From the NCBI RefSeq assembly GCF_009914755.1, contig NC_060926.1: DNA of 64,000 bases; one strand, given 5' to 3'. Both the position numbers and the translations under genes were made by a program. Positions 1-16,901 of the stretch are shown piece by piece. Below the pieces are notes generated by a model. The model did no database searches. It saw nothing but the letters and a program-made list of their open reading frames with translations, and was not told the origin of the DNA. Positions within the stretch are counted from its first letter, which is position 1. Every line of letters begins with the position of its first letter. This DNA comes from the human T2T-CHM13v2.0 reference genome, Homo sapiens.

Positions 1-1657
1 TCAAATTCTCATCTAAGTATAATCTAAATCAGATATGGGTGAGATTCAAGGTGTGATTTATCCTGAGGCAAATTTGCCCTCCAGCTGTGAGCCTAGGAAA
101 TCAAATAAGTTATGTGCTTCCAAAATACAATTGTGGGACAGGGATAGGGCAGACATTTCCATTCCAAAGGGAGAAACAGGACATAAGAAAGGGGTACCAC
201 GTCTCTACCAAATCTAAAACTCAGCAAGGCAAACATTAAATCTTAAGGCTCCAGAATAATCTTCTTTGATTCCATGTTCTACCTTCCAGACACACTAGGG
301 CAGGGGCTGGGTGTCAGAGGTTCCCAGCAGCCCCGCCCCCATGGCCTTATTGGGTGGAGCCCATGCAGCAGCTCACAGGGGTTGGAGTGAGGTGCCTGCA
401 GCTATCCAAGGCTGGCATTGCACACTGGTGGCTCTATAGTTCTGGGGCCATGGAAATGGCCCTGCTCCCATGGCTTCACTAAGCATTGACTTAGTGGAGA
501 CTTTCTGTGGTGGCCCCAGCCCCATGACTCTGCTAGGCATTACCCTAGTGATCATTCTCTGTGGTGGCCCTGACTCTGTGGTAGTTCTATGCCTGGGTCC
601 CAAGGCTCTCTGAGGCATCTTTTGCAATTTAGGTAGAGGCAGCCATGCCTCCTTAGCTTGTGTATTCTGCATGCCTGCAGAGTTAGCTTCAGGTGGACAC
701 TGCCAAGGATTACCACTTGTGCCTTCTAGAGCAGCAGACGAAGCTGTACCTGGGCTTATTTGAGCCACAGCTGGCATGGTCAAGGAGCACTGTGCTGGAA
801 TGCAGGGAGCAGAAACTTGGGGCAGCAAGCCCCAAGGTCCTACAGGAGCACTGAATCCTTTCTCTGAAACCATTCTGCTCTAAAGACCCTAGCACTCTGC
901 GCCTGTGATGGGAGTGGCAGCCTGGAAGATCTCCAATACCTCTTCAAGGTCATTCTTCCATTGTCCTGATTAATAGCACCTGTCTTCTATCTATCTGTAC
1001 AAATGTCCTCATTAAACAGTTGCTTGGCCACACCCTTGATATTTTCTCCCAGACATGCTTTTATATTCTTTACAATAATATCCAGGCTGAGAATTTTCCA
1101 AATGTTTAAGCTCTGTCTTCCTTTTGATTATAAATCCTGTCTTTAATTCATTTCTCTCTTCTTGAATTTTACTCTAAGTGGTCAAGAGAAGAAGTGCAGC
1201 ACCTTGAACACTTCACTTAGAGATTTCTTTTTGCCAATTATCCTAGTTCATTGCTCTTAAGCTTTGCTTCCACAAAACATTAAGACATGGACACAATTAA
1301 GCCAAGTTCCTTGCCATTTTGTAACAAGTGTGACCTTTCTAATAAGATGTTTCCAATAAGATGTCCCCCATTTCCATCTAAAATCTCATCAGAGTAGGCT
1401 TTACTGTCTGTATTTCTACCAACGTTCTGATCACGACCACTTAAGTAATCTCTAAGACTGAGGCTCTGTCTATAGCTCTCCTGATCTCCTGAGTCCTCAC
1501 CAGATTCACCCATTATGGGCCATTTATGGCAACCTAGGATTTTTCTAGCATGCACCATCAAACTCCCCCAGCCTTTACCTATTATGCAGTTCCAAAGCTG
1601 CTTTTCCATTTTTAGGTATGTGCTAAAGCAACAACCTGACTTCCCAGCACCTATTTC
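1..1657 (-). mobile_element. ERVL-MaLR internal region (MST/MLT1A-int type), runs off the left edge
   Basis: The minus strand directly after the LTR reads AGAAATAGGTGCTGGGAAG...ATACCTAAAAATGGAAAAGCAGCTTTGGAACTG, the typical start of a MaLR internal sequence. ORFs 1280-1693 and 373-873 lie inside it. Confidence 0.85.
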
Positions 1658-2052
1658 TGTCTTTGTTTGTGCTGCTATGACAATATACCACAAACTGAGT
1701 AATTTATAAACAACATTTATTTCTCACAGTCCTAGAGGCTGGGGAGTCCAAGATCAAGGTATCAGAAAAATCAGTGTCAAGTAAAGGCCATTCTCTGCTC
1801 ACAAGATGGTGCCATGTTGCTGTATTCTCCAGAGGGGCTAAACACTGTGTCCTCATAAAGCAAAAGGGATGGAAAGCAGAAAAAGGGCCTAACTTTTTTC
1901 CTCCAGCCCTTTTATAAGGTTACTAATCCCCCCATGATGGCAGAGCCCTCATGGACTTATTACCTTCTAAAGGTCTGACCTCTTAACACTATTGCATTGA
2001 GGATTAAGTTTCAACATAAATTTTGGAGGGGACACAAATTCAAACCGTAGCA
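1658..2052 (-). mobile_element. MaLR 5' LTR, MSTC-like
   Basis: TGT...GCTGCTATGACAATATACCACAAACTGAGTAATTTATAAA...GAGTCCAAGATCAAGG...TTTTGGAGGGGACACAAATTCAAACCGTAGCA; TG...CA ends. Confidence 0.85.
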
Positions 2053-2536
2053 CTGCCCTTCAGTGAAGTTTTAGGCAATGTGCCTCAAGTGAAGTAGAAA
2101 ATGTAAATGGAGGCCCAGGCTAGAATCAAGACAGTATGGGACCTCAAAGGGGAGTGAGAAGTAAAAGAAATGCTTGTTAGAATCAGGCAGAGGACCCCTC
2201 TGAATGGCTCCGAACCACTTCCAGATGGCAGAGAAAAGGGTACTGAGTGGCACTTGGTGGGGCTGCAGACTATGCTTAACACCAACCTGTGGGTTCATAG
2301 TAGGGGAATGGTTACATTCTCTAAGCAATTAAAGCTGGAGACCCAGGACAGCAATAGTTCAGAAAAGAGTGATGGGAACCAGTGTTGGCTGGAAAAGCTC
2401 AGCCAACATTGGGACTGGTTGGCTATTTGCAAAGCTAGACACTCTTGCATTTCTCTCATTTTTTGTTTTTTTTTTTTTGGGGATGGGGGAATAGCTTAAA
2501 AGTACTTTAAATATTGATAAGCTAAAGGGAAAGACC

Positions 2537-3027
2537 TGTGTGTTAGTCAGAGTTCTCCTGAGAAACAGAACAAACATCTCCTTATACTAAGGAACTGGCT
2601 CATGCAATTATGGAGCTGGACAAGTCCCAAGATCTGCAGTCAGCAAGCTGGAGACCCAGTAGAGCTGATGGTGCAGATTTAGTCCAAGTCCAAAAGTCCG
2701 AAAACCAGGAGAGTTAATGGTGTGGTTCCAGTCCAAAGTCAGTAGGCTTAAGACCAAAAAAGTAGAATTTTTAGTTTGAGACTGAAGGCAGAAGAAACTC
2801 AATGTTTCAGCTCAAGCAAGAGGAGTTTTCTCTTACTTAGCCTTTTTGTTCCATTCAGATTTTCAATTGATTGGATGAGGTCCACCTATATTAGGGAAGA
2901 CAATCTACTTTATTTAATTTATATATTTAAATGTTAATTCCATTCAGATATACCCAGCATAATGTTTGATCAAATATCTGGGCACCCTTTGGCCCAGTCA
3001 AGTAGACATATAAAATTAATCATCACA
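2537..3027 (-). mobile_element. MLT2 (ERVL) solo LTR
   Basis: TTAGTCAGAGTTCTCC...AAGTCCCAAGATCTGCAGTCAGCAAGCTGGAGACCCAG...CCCAGTCAAGTAGACATATAAAATTAATCATCACA. Confidence 0.85.
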
Positions 3028-5936
3028 ATCCTGTACCCTCTTTGTCTTATCTCCTGGAAAGTGTTAATGATGGAAGAAAATAAGGAAAATCTCAAAACTG
3101 GTCTTTGAGGGCTTAGGGAAACAGAGGTTCTCCCACCTCACCTTTTCCAAAGAATACCAAACAGTGTAGGTATATTGGAGATTGGGTGGGAGCAAGCGTT
3201 ATATCTGGGGACATTTTGTATCCCAAATACAAGTAATTCTTCTAGTTCTTACTGTTTCTTGATTGTTACTTATATTCCCAGTAAGAATTAAAGTTCCCTA
3301 AGGACAGGAAAGGAAATCCTTTCTCTCCTCACTCCCCCGACCATACCATTCACCCAAAGCTGAGCTTACTAAATGCTAAATAGTTCACAGACAAAGACCC
3401 TAGGTATCAGGCAGCGTTGCTACTTGAAACACTCATTGTGCTCATTAAGGGAGAATCATCTCCTTACTAGAACTCTATCCATAGAAGGTGTGTAAAATGC
3501 TTAAAGATTCTAAAACAGCTAATTTCTACTATAAGAAATGAAATTAAACAAATTCATAAGTGCATCACTTAAAGAAATTATTCTTTAAGTTAATGTGGTG
3601 TCTTTATCACAGGGATTCATACAGGAAACCATTTCCTACGTCTGAACCTTCACACCAAGAACAGAAATGAAAACAAACTCATGATAAATTCAAGGACATA
3701 ATTCAATTTACGTGATAGGTAACAACTATTTTAACAAAGAAAAAAGAGTTTAACTGAAATAAATTATAACAATTATATAAGTTTAAACAAAACTTAACTT
3801 TAATAACTTTACTCTTTTCCTGCCAAAACAAGACCTTAGCTGTGTAGATGAATAAAATATATGCCATTAAAATATTATGATCATTTGTACATTTAAATTT
3901 TTCATCTTATTTTTACTGTAGCTGTATTTTATTTAAAATGCCCATTTATAATAAGAAAATTATTTTATTTCTTCTAGATATATATATAAGTTAAAAAAAT
4001 ATTGAAGACGCTCTACAGGTAACTTTGCTCTATATTTAGCAGAAAAAAGAATTTTGGAAAACGAAGTTGAGGACCACAATATGGAAAAAGTTACCACTTC
4101 AAATCCTTATGTTTGTGCTTAAAAAAGAAAATCAAAGACTTTGAATTCTGAGTGAAGCATGAGTCTCAGGGTAGCTAAATGCCTCAAAGATCACATCTGG
4201 GCACTTAAATTTTAAGAGCACAAAAGGAAGTTATGTGGAAATTCTTCTGAATGGAATACTAGCTACTTGGTTTCCAAGAGTGATCTTTGTCTAGCGCAGG
4301 TGGACACTTACTAAGAACTTGGAACGATGGAGTGTTAACACTGGTGTTTTGACCCCCTTCTGAACGTTAGCTCGTGTGTCTACATTATACCACTGGGGCC
4401 AAGGGAATGAGATACATAGGGAAGAATGGGACTTTGGGCCTTGGTGAAAACCTCTGAATTAGGATGTTCTCGAACGGTCAAGGTCAGGAAGTGCCCTTCT
4501 CTTCTGACTTGGGCTGTTCCTTGACTGTTCAGCTCTGACTGCTTTCCCACATTCATGGCCTCACTGTCTGGGGGCCGCCCTCTTTTCTCCCAGAGCCTGA
4601 CCTTCATGAACCCATCCTGACGCTGACCCACATCCACTCATCTTGTGGGTCAGTCTGCTGGTATAGACTTTGATGAACCCAGCACTAGCTCCTTGCTGGA
4701 GGGTCCTAGCCCTTTCTGACAGTGCAGTGCCTCCTTGTGGTTGGGAACCCGGAGTGTTATTTTGTCAAGAAAAAGTGGAATCAGAGACTTTCCTTTGTTT
4801 CCCTATGTTTCCTACATAATGACATGGATATTACCCCACAGCAGCCTGAGATTGCCCAAGTAGGAGCATTCAGGCACTTCCAGACCACTTCCTGATGTGG
4901 CCACATCTGGGGCACAGTAAAACAAACCAAGTAAGGGAAAGAGCCATTCTAAAATTCTCCGTACAGGTGATTCTCTTTCTAACTGCTCATCTGGAGAGCT
5001 TGGCTAAATGAAAGATCATGGAACATCAGCTTTGACAGGACCCTTGAGATTTTATTGACCTCCTAATTTTATGGTTTAGAATATTAAGATCAAGAGAGAG
5101 AAATTTTCTAAAGCTCGGATGTCAGAGAGTGGTTGAGCTGGAATACTGGTCTGCATGACTTTCTGCCCAGTGCTCTCTCTGCTCTATAGGTGGCATATTG
5201 AAAGAGTTGTTGCCTTAAGAACACCATCAAGGCAATTTTGAACACTTGCATTTCTAATGAGCAAGGTACTAACTAAAATGTCACTTTGTCCAAGTACTTG
5301 TGTACTATTTTGTTGCCTCTCTCCAGGTAATGTGCTTAGATAGATGTTCTTCTTCCAGCAGATGGTGAGATGGGGGACTGATGTCCAGGCTAGGGATGGT
5401 GCACCTGGCTCTGTTGCTTTTGTAAAACCACAGAAGACAGAAACCTCTAGATTACTTTTAACTTCCTCCCCTTTTAAATAACTATATTTGTATTTCTAAT
5501 ACATGAAATAGTTAACTATGTAGAGGGAGAGTTAGAGACAGTACCTAATCCCAGCTTGATGCAATTACTTTAACATGAATTTAAAATAAAATTAAAGTTA
5601 ACAGTTTAAACTGATGTTTGAGGGTTTTAAAAAGATTTAGTTTCCTTTGGAAGCACTGTGTTATTTGATCCAGTACAATCTTTTTGAGCGCCATGCATAA
5701 CATCTTTACCCAAGTACCATTACTACTAGATTATGCCCATAGGTTGAGTTACAAATGTCTAAAAATCTTAAAATTATTAAGCTCAGATTAGAGTGTTCAA
5801 AGACTATGGTGTTATTTTAGTCTCCTGCCATATCCTCCATTTACTATAAACTTGATATATTGGCATTCAAATAAAATGTCATAAAGCAAGTATGTACGGA
5901 GGTGTTTGGGGTTTGTTTCAGGCTTCTGTGAGCCAA

Positions 5937-5950
5937 GTTTGCATGGCAAC
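5937..5950. promoter_or_regulatory. Candidate RFX X-box GTTTGCATGGCAAC
   Basis: 12/14 match to the palindromic X-box GTTGCCATGGCAAC in apparently unique DNA; motif match only. Confidence 0.3.
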
Positions 5951-7164
5951 CAAGATGTATAACAGAAACACGCAAATGGTCTTCATAAAAAGAAACACTG
6001 AGCAGAGCTCAGGAGCAGGGCAACTTCTAAGTCAGGGTAGACTATAAGAGCTGATCAGATCAATGACTGAGGGCCTGGATGGGGACAGCAAGTCACCCAA
6101 CATTGTTTCAATGATTCTTCAAGTCCCCTTTTGCTGCAGTCACCAAGTGCTAATGCATCTGAGGCCAAGTCTCTAGAGATGCAGCTTCATGGAATTTGCA
6201 GATGGTACAGTTGGAAGGATCCTTCAATGCCATCTTAACCAAACCCCTTGTTTTAGAGATGAGGAAATGGAGACCCAGAACTATGGTTTGTTCAGTCTCA
6301 GGGCTGCTTGTATACTCCTAGCAGAAGCACATGAGTATGCACATGTTCTCTGTTTTAGTGTATTCTCTTTTGTTTTCCCAACTGAACATAAATTGCAACT
6401 GTTCTGAGTTAGAATATAAAAAGCAAGTATGGGTACCCAAGACTTCCATTTGGACATTGCCTCCACAGTATCTCATAGGGAAATTCTTTCTAGTCTATAC
6501 ATCATGGGCTTCCCAGATCAATCTGCTTAGCAGACTCCTCCCTGGAAGACCCATCTCATGAGAACAAGTCAGTGGTGCTTTGTTTCCACTATGGAGATGG
6601 GATTTGTCAACTGAATTAAGCCTCCTGAAACCAAGAGGAAGAGGGAAGCTATCTTTTGAAATATTTTGGGTTCCCAAGACCCAGATGCTAGAGCAGTTAC
6701 CTGGAATGAGGCTTCCCTAGAGCATGCTAAGGTGGAATCCACAAATTGGGAGCTTATTAAAAAATTCAATTTATTAGTAACCACAAAGGAGGATGCAGCT
6801 GATGTGGTCAGCACCAGAAATGCCTGTCTGTTTCCACACACTTTGCCAACCCCCATGGTTTCCCCAGCCAGCACTGCTAACAGATACACTGATTGAAACC
6901 TATGATAAATACACGGTAATTTGTGAGTACCTCTGAAACCACAAATTGGAACATAAATAAAAGAAAGAAAATGGATGTTTGGTACTACTGGGAATAATAA
7001 TGATGCATTAACTGGGAATAAATATTATGGTATTTCACTGTACAAGAATATATTATATGCATGGTAAGAGGAAGGACTTGACAAGGTTATTAATTTGTCT
7101 CTTCTTTCACTTAAGCATTTCCATTATTTAGATCCTCCCTGAAAAAACGTATAGTCTCAAATGA

Positions 7165-7760
7165 TGAAAAAGATCTATCAATCAGATAAAGCTTGATCAG
7201 AAAAGCAGGCCACTATAACTGATACAGAATCAGGAATTAATCATAGGAATTAGACCTCATGCAACCCTGGGAGCTGTTTACACCATCTACATAAGCTTCT
7301 TGTCTCTGTGTCTAGTATTGATTGAAAGTCAGCAGGGGCAGTGGATATTCATGCAATGGCAGAAAGCAATGACAACCTGGAACTCCATCTGTCTTTTAAT
7401 GCCTCCAGGCTTGGTAATGTGGGTGACCTGCAGGGTATTTTGGCACACTTTTCCATGGAGATGTCCATGCACCTGACCTAGGATTTAGAGAAGATGAAGA
7501 AGATTCACAAGGAGTTGGAGGAGCTGTGGGCCCAGCTACTGCCCCATCACAATGAGTCAGCAGATCATTAAAAGTATTTGCGAGCTGTAACAACACCTGA
7601 TGCACACAGTTCTTTCAAGTGTAAAATGGCTTCACCTCTGACTTCCAAATCCTGAAGAGATGTCTACTGAGTCAACTTTAGCCCAGAACCACCTACACAA
7701 AGAAATTCTGGGAAATGTGGTTTAAGTTCAGCAAGGTTGATATGCTACAAAATCACCACA
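7165..7760 (-). mobile_element. Old ERVL-type solo LTR (subfamily uncertain)
   Basis: Ends AATTCTGGGAAATGTGGTT...GTTGATATGCTACAAAATCACCACA, with MLT2-like terminal architecture. Confidence 0.55.
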
Positions 7761-7779
7761 ATAGTCCCAAATCTTTTAC

Positions 7780-8830
7780 TACAGTAAGTGAGTTCCAGTT
7801 GCTTAACATCTTCACCAAAATTTGGTGGTAACGGTTTTTCATTTTAGCCATTTGATGTTGTATAATGAATGATATCTCACTGGAGATTTAATTTGCACTA
7901 TTTGAAGACTAATGAGATTGAGCACTTTATTACACGTTAATTGGCCATAAGAATATCTTCTTTTGTGAAGTTCCTATTCAATTCTTTTGCCCACTTTTCT
8001 ATTTGGCTTTTTCTTATTTTGTATGGGTTATTTTTATATTCTTGATATGCGTTCTCTTTCAAATATATTTTTTGTAACTATTTTCTTCCACTAAGTGGCT
8101 TGTCTTTTTGACCTATTAATGGTATATTTTCATAATCAGTTCCTAATTGCAACGTAGTCTTTTTTTTGCAGGTTCATTTCACATCCCTTTTAAGAAATCT
8201 TTTCTTACTTCAAGGTTATAAAGTTATTTTCTTACGTTGTCTTCTAGAAATATTATATATTTACCTGCTGCACTGCTTTACATTTATCTACATATGTTTT
8301 GTCTGTTTTTCTAGTTGTTTATGATGGAAAGATATTCTCAAAGCCGTTAATTCATTCCTTCTGAATGGAGGCAGAAGTTTGCTTGGTTTTTTATCTTCTT
8401 GCCCTGTGCAACATCACAATTTAACAAAGGCATTGAAAGGAAAGTTGCTGGGTGTTGTGTCATGTCTTTGAACCCCACTTCTCTTGATCTCTCACGTCCT
8501 GGCTGCCTTCTGAGTCTCAAACTCCAACTTTTGTTTCCTAGTTTTGTGAGGTTACTGAAACTCTGCTGGCTTCTCTAATTCTTAGCACTAACCTCTACCT
8601 GTCCTCATCTTGTTCTTAAAAAAATTGTAACTGATCTGAAGGGAAAAGTGATGTATTGATGTATTTATGTATACAATATTGATGCACCTACTTTTTCTCT
8701 GAGACCTTGGCCACTCAAATCCTGTATAATACGCTAATACCTTCAAGCATCCCCCCTCCCCCATTTTATCTGTCCTTTGTAGTTGTTCTCAGCGAAATAG
8801 TAGGAATAGTTCTTTCATTCCCTTGTCTAA
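7780..8830 (-). mobile_element. Old L1M fragments (ORF2 3' part and 5'-region pieces)
   Basis: TTTTAGCCATT...ATCTCACTG...TTTAATTTGCA...ACTAATGAGATTGAGCAC...TCTTCTTTTGTGAAG is collinear with the L1PA at ~11460-11610. Confidence 0.7.
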
Positions 8831-8900
8831 TAATTTGAAGAAATGCCATCTTTATAGGTCTGTTTCTGCTGCTTCTAGTATATCATGCTTTTTGTACTTG

Positions 8901-8960
8901 TGTACTGTATGAGGGTTCTCCAGAAAAACAGAACCAATAAGATGTACACATATATATGTG

Positions 8961-8993
<33 letters not shown>

Positions 8994-10635
8994 ACTTCAA
9001 AAAGTTTGTGGAAAATTGAATTAAAAGGTAAACATAAAAATATGAATTTTATTATTTTATTTCTCAACATAAGCTCCATCCACTTTAAGGCATTTTTATA
9101 AGTGATGATACCAGCCATTTAGTCAGTACAGTCTTTTTTACATTATTAGCTGAAGAAAAATTTGTGCATTTTAAAGATTTTTGTTTAATTGGGAAACAAA
9201 AATAAATCATAAGAAGCCAAATCAGGACTAATGATTTTCTATTGAAACTCTCACAAAACTTCCCTTGTTTAGTGAGAGGAATGAGCAGGAGCATTGTCAG
9301 GATGGGGAAGGACTGTCTGGTAAAGCTTTCCTGGATGCTTTTCTTCTAAAGCTTTGACTAACTTTCTCACAACACTCTCATAGTAGGTAGATGTATTGTC
9401 TTTGGCCCCCCCAGAAAGTCTACAAGCAAAACCCCTTGAGGATCTAAAAAAAAAAAAAAAACTGTTGCCATGACTTCTGCTCTTGGCCAGTCCACTTTTA
9501 CTTTGACTGGATCACTACCGCCTCTTGGTAGTCATTGCTTTGATTGTGCTTTCTCTTCAGAATTATACTGGTAAAGTCATATTTCAGCTCCTGTTATAGT
9601 TCTTTGAAGAAAATCTTCAAGATCTTGATCCCACTTGTTTAAAATTTCTATTGAAAGCTCTGTCTTTATTTGCAGCTGATCAGGGTGCAATGGTTTTGGC
9701 ACCCATTAAGTATAAAGTTTGTCCAACTTTTATTATTTAGTCGGAATTGTATAATCTGAACCAATAAAGATGTTTATGGTTCGGGCTATTGTTTCTGCTG
9801 TTAATCATCAGTCCTCTTCAATTGAGGCACAAAAAGGATGAAATTTTTCCTCACAAATTGGTGTGGATGGTCTGCCAATGTGGGCTTCTTCTTTAATATT
9901 CTCTCATTCTTTCTTAAAATGAGTTATCCATTTATAAACTTCTGATTTCTTTGGAGGCATTGTCCCCCTAAACTTTTCATAAAGCATCAATGATTTCACC
10001 ATTCTTTCACCTAAGCTTCATCATAAATTGGATGTTTCCTTTTCTTTCAATTTTAGCAGAATTTATGTTGCTCTGCTAGGGACTCTTTTTGAACTGATGT
10101 CTTATCCCTCTTAGTGTCTCAAACTAGATTCTAGTTAGACATCTTATAACAAGTCAGTATGAGTTATTTTGTTGAAAAAATTTTGAAATCTATTCACAGT
10201 GTGTGTGTATAAAGGGATTTATTATAAGTAATTGGCATTGGCTCATATGATTATTGAGACTGACAAGTTCCATCCAAGATGTGTGGGGTGAATTGGCAGG
10301 TTGGAGACCCAGGAGAAAAAGGGCTGATGGTGTTGTTCATCTGAAGGGCAGCAGGCTCAAAAAAAAAAATGTCAATGTCCTAGCTGGAAGGCAGTCGGAC
10401 AGGAGGAATTCTCTCTTACTTGGGGAATGGTCAGCCTTTTTGTTCTATGCAATCCTTCAGTGGACTAAATGAGGCCCACCCATACTAGTTAAGGCAATCT
10501 GCTTTTTCCGATCTACCAATTCAAATGGTAAGTGTATCCAAAAACACCCTCACAAAAGCATACAGAACCATATTTGACCAAATATCTGGGCACTCTGCGG
10601 TCCAATCATGTTGACACATAAAATTAACTATCACA
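8901..10635 (-). mobile_element. MLT2 LTR split by HSMAR2 (pieces 8901-8993 and 10201-10635)
   Basis: The left piece GAGGGTTCTCCAGAAAAACAGAACCAATAAGA plus a (TA/TG)n tract resumes after the mariner as GATTTATTATAAG...TTGGCTCATATGATT and ends GTTGACACATAAAATTAACTATCACA. Confidence 0.85.
8994..10200 (-). mobile_element. HSMAR2 mariner DNA transposon with decayed transposase
   Basis: TIR remnant CTTCAAAAAGTTTGTGGAAAA. Minus-strand mariner motifs: WVPK (~9700), DNAPAH (~9290) and SPDLASYDLFLFP (~9190-9230). Confidence 0.9.
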
Positions 10636-10995
10636 TATACTCAATGATTATTGATTGGGATCCACTAATTTGGAAGGGAAGCATATTTGTGGAATATTTC
10701 TCAGGTTGTGGATGAGGTTTAGTCTTTCCAAAAAAAGTTGTGCTTACTTTAATTAGATAGTTGGACTATTTTTATTTTATTTTTTATTATTATTATACTT
10801 TAAGTTGTAGGGTACATGTGCACAACGTGCAGGTTTGTTACATGTGTATACATATGCCATGTTGGTGTGCTGCACCCATTAACTCGTCATTTACATTAGG
10901 CATATCACCTAATGCTATCCCTCCCACCTCTCTCCACCCCACGACAGGCCCCAGTGTGTGATGTCCCCCTTCCTGTGTCCAAGTGTTCTCATTGT

Positions 10996-14812
<3,817 letters not shown>

Positions 14813-14875
14813 TATGATGTTAGCTGGTTATTTTGCTCATTAGTTGATGCAGTTTCTTCCTAGCATCGATGGTCT

Positions 14876-15893
14876 TTACAATTTGGCATGTTTTTGCAGT
14901 GGCTGGTACTGGTTGTTCCTTTCCATGTTTAGTGCTTCCTTCAGGAGCTCTTGTAGCACAGGCCTGGTGGTGACAAAATCTCTCAGCATTTGCTTGTCTG
15001 TAAAGGATTTTATTTCTCCTTTGCTTATGAAGCTTAGTTTGGCTGGATATGAAATTCTGGGTTGAAAATTCTTGTCTTTAAGAATGTTGAATATTGACCC
15101 CCTCTCTCTTCTGGCTTGTAGAGTTTCTGCCGAGAGATCCGCTATTAGTCTGATGGGCTTCCCTTTGTGGGTAACCCGACCTTTCTCTCTGGCTGCCCTT
15201 AACATTTTTTCCTTCATTTCAACTTTGGTGAATCTGATAATTATGTGTCTTGGAGTTGCTCTTCTCAAGGAGTATCTTTGTGGCATTCTCTGTATTTCCT
15301 GAATTTGAATGTTGGCCTGCATTGCTAGGTTGGGGAAGTTCTCCTGGATAACATCCTGCAGAGTGTTTTCCAACTCGGTTCCATTCTCCCCTTCACTTTC
15401 AAGTATACCAATCAGACGTAGATTTGGTCTTTTCACATAGTCCCACATTTCTTGGAGGCTTTGTTCATTTCTTTTTATTACTTTTTTCTCTAAACTTCTC
15501 TTCTCGCTTCATTTCATTCATTTGATCGTCCATCACTGATACCCTTTCTTCCAGTTGATCGATTAGGCTACTGAAGCTTGTGCATTCATCACGTAGTTCT
15601 CGTGCCATGGTTTTCAGCTCCATGAGGTCCTTTAAGGATGTCTCTGCATTGGTTATTCCAGTTAGCCATTCGTCTAATCTTTTTTCAAGGTTTTTAACTT
15701 CTTTGTGTTGGGTTCGAACTTCCTCCTTTAGCTTGGAGAAGTTTGATCATCTGTAGCCTTCTTCTCTCAACTCGTCAAACTCATTCTCCATCCAGCTTTG
15801 TTCCATTGCTAGTGAGGAGCTGTGTTCCTTTGGAGGAGGAGAGGTGCTCTGATTTTTAGAATTTTCAGTTTTTCTGCTCTGTTTTTTCCCCAT
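14876..15893 (-). pseudogene. L1 ORF1p, frameshifted
   Basis: ATG GGG AAA AAA CAG at 15893 to the stop at 14876 is 1018 nt, not a multiple of 3. The C-terminal 190 aa (WDYVKRPNLRLIG...ALNMERNNQYQPLQKHAKL) is open. Confidence 0.93.
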
Positions 15894-16468
15894 CTTTGTG
15901 GTTTTATCTACCTTCGGTCTTTGATGATGGTGACATACAGATGGGGTTTTGGTGTGAATGTCCTTTCTGTTTGTTAGTTTTCCTTCTAACAGTCAGGACC
16001 CTCAGCTGCAGGTCTGCTGGCATTTGCTGGAGGTCCACTCCAGACCCTGTTTGCCTGGGTATCAGCAGCAGAGGCTGCAGAACAGCGAATATTGGTGAAC
16101 AGCAAATGTTGCTGCCTGATTGTTCCTCTGGAAGTTTCATCTCAGAGGGGTACCCGGCTGTATGAGTTGTCAGTCTGCCCCTACTGGGGGGTGCCTCCCA
16201 GTTAGGCTACTCAGGGGTCAAGGACCCACTTGAGGAGGCAGTCTGTCCATTCTCAGATGTCAAGCTGCATGCTGGGAGAACCACTACTCTCTTCAAAGCT
16301 GTCAGACAGGGACATTTAAGTCTGCACAGGTTTCTGCTGCCTTTTGTTTGGCTGTGCCCTGCCTCCAGAGGTGGAGTCTACAGAGGCAGGCAGGCCTCCT
16401 TGAGCTGTGGTGGGCTCCACCCAGTTCGAGCTTCCTGGCAGCTTTGTTTACCTACTCAAGCCTCAGCA

Positions 16469-16732
16469 ATGTCAGGTGCTCCTCCCCCAGCCTCAATGCG
16501 GCATTGCAGTTCGATCTCAGACTGCTGTGCTAGCAATGAGCGAGGCTCCATGGGTGTAGGACCCTCTGAGCCAGGCATGGGATATAATCTCCTGGTGTGC
16601 CGTTTGCTAAGACTGTCAGAAAAGTGCAGTATTAGGGTGGGAGTGACCCGATTTTCCAGGTGCCGTTTGTCCCCCCTTCCCTTGGCTAGGAAAGGGAATT
16701 CCCTGACCCCTTGTACTTCCCGGGTGAGATGA
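16469..16732 (+). CDS. L1 antisense ORF0-like reading frame, 87 aa
   Basis: MSGAPPPASMRHCSSISDCCASNERGSMGVGPSEPGMGYNLLVCRLLRLSEKCSIRVGVTRFSRC... matches the ORF0 peptide (MAGAPPPASL...SDCCASN...RVGVTRFSRC). Expression unknown. Confidence 0.6.
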   Translation: MSGAPPPASMRHCSSISDCCASNERGSMGVGPSEPGMGYNLLVCRLLRLSEKCSIRVGVTRFSRCRLSPLPLARKGNSLTPCTSRVR

Positions 16733-16901
16733 TGCCTTGCCCTGCTTCGGCTCATGCTCGTTGCGCTGCACCCACTGTCCTGCACCCACTGTCTAACAAT
16801 CCCCAGTGAAATGAACCTGGTACCTCAGTTGGAAATGCAGAAATCACCCGTCTTCTGCGTCGCTCATGCTGGGAGCTGTAGACTGGAGCTGTTCCTATTC
16901 A

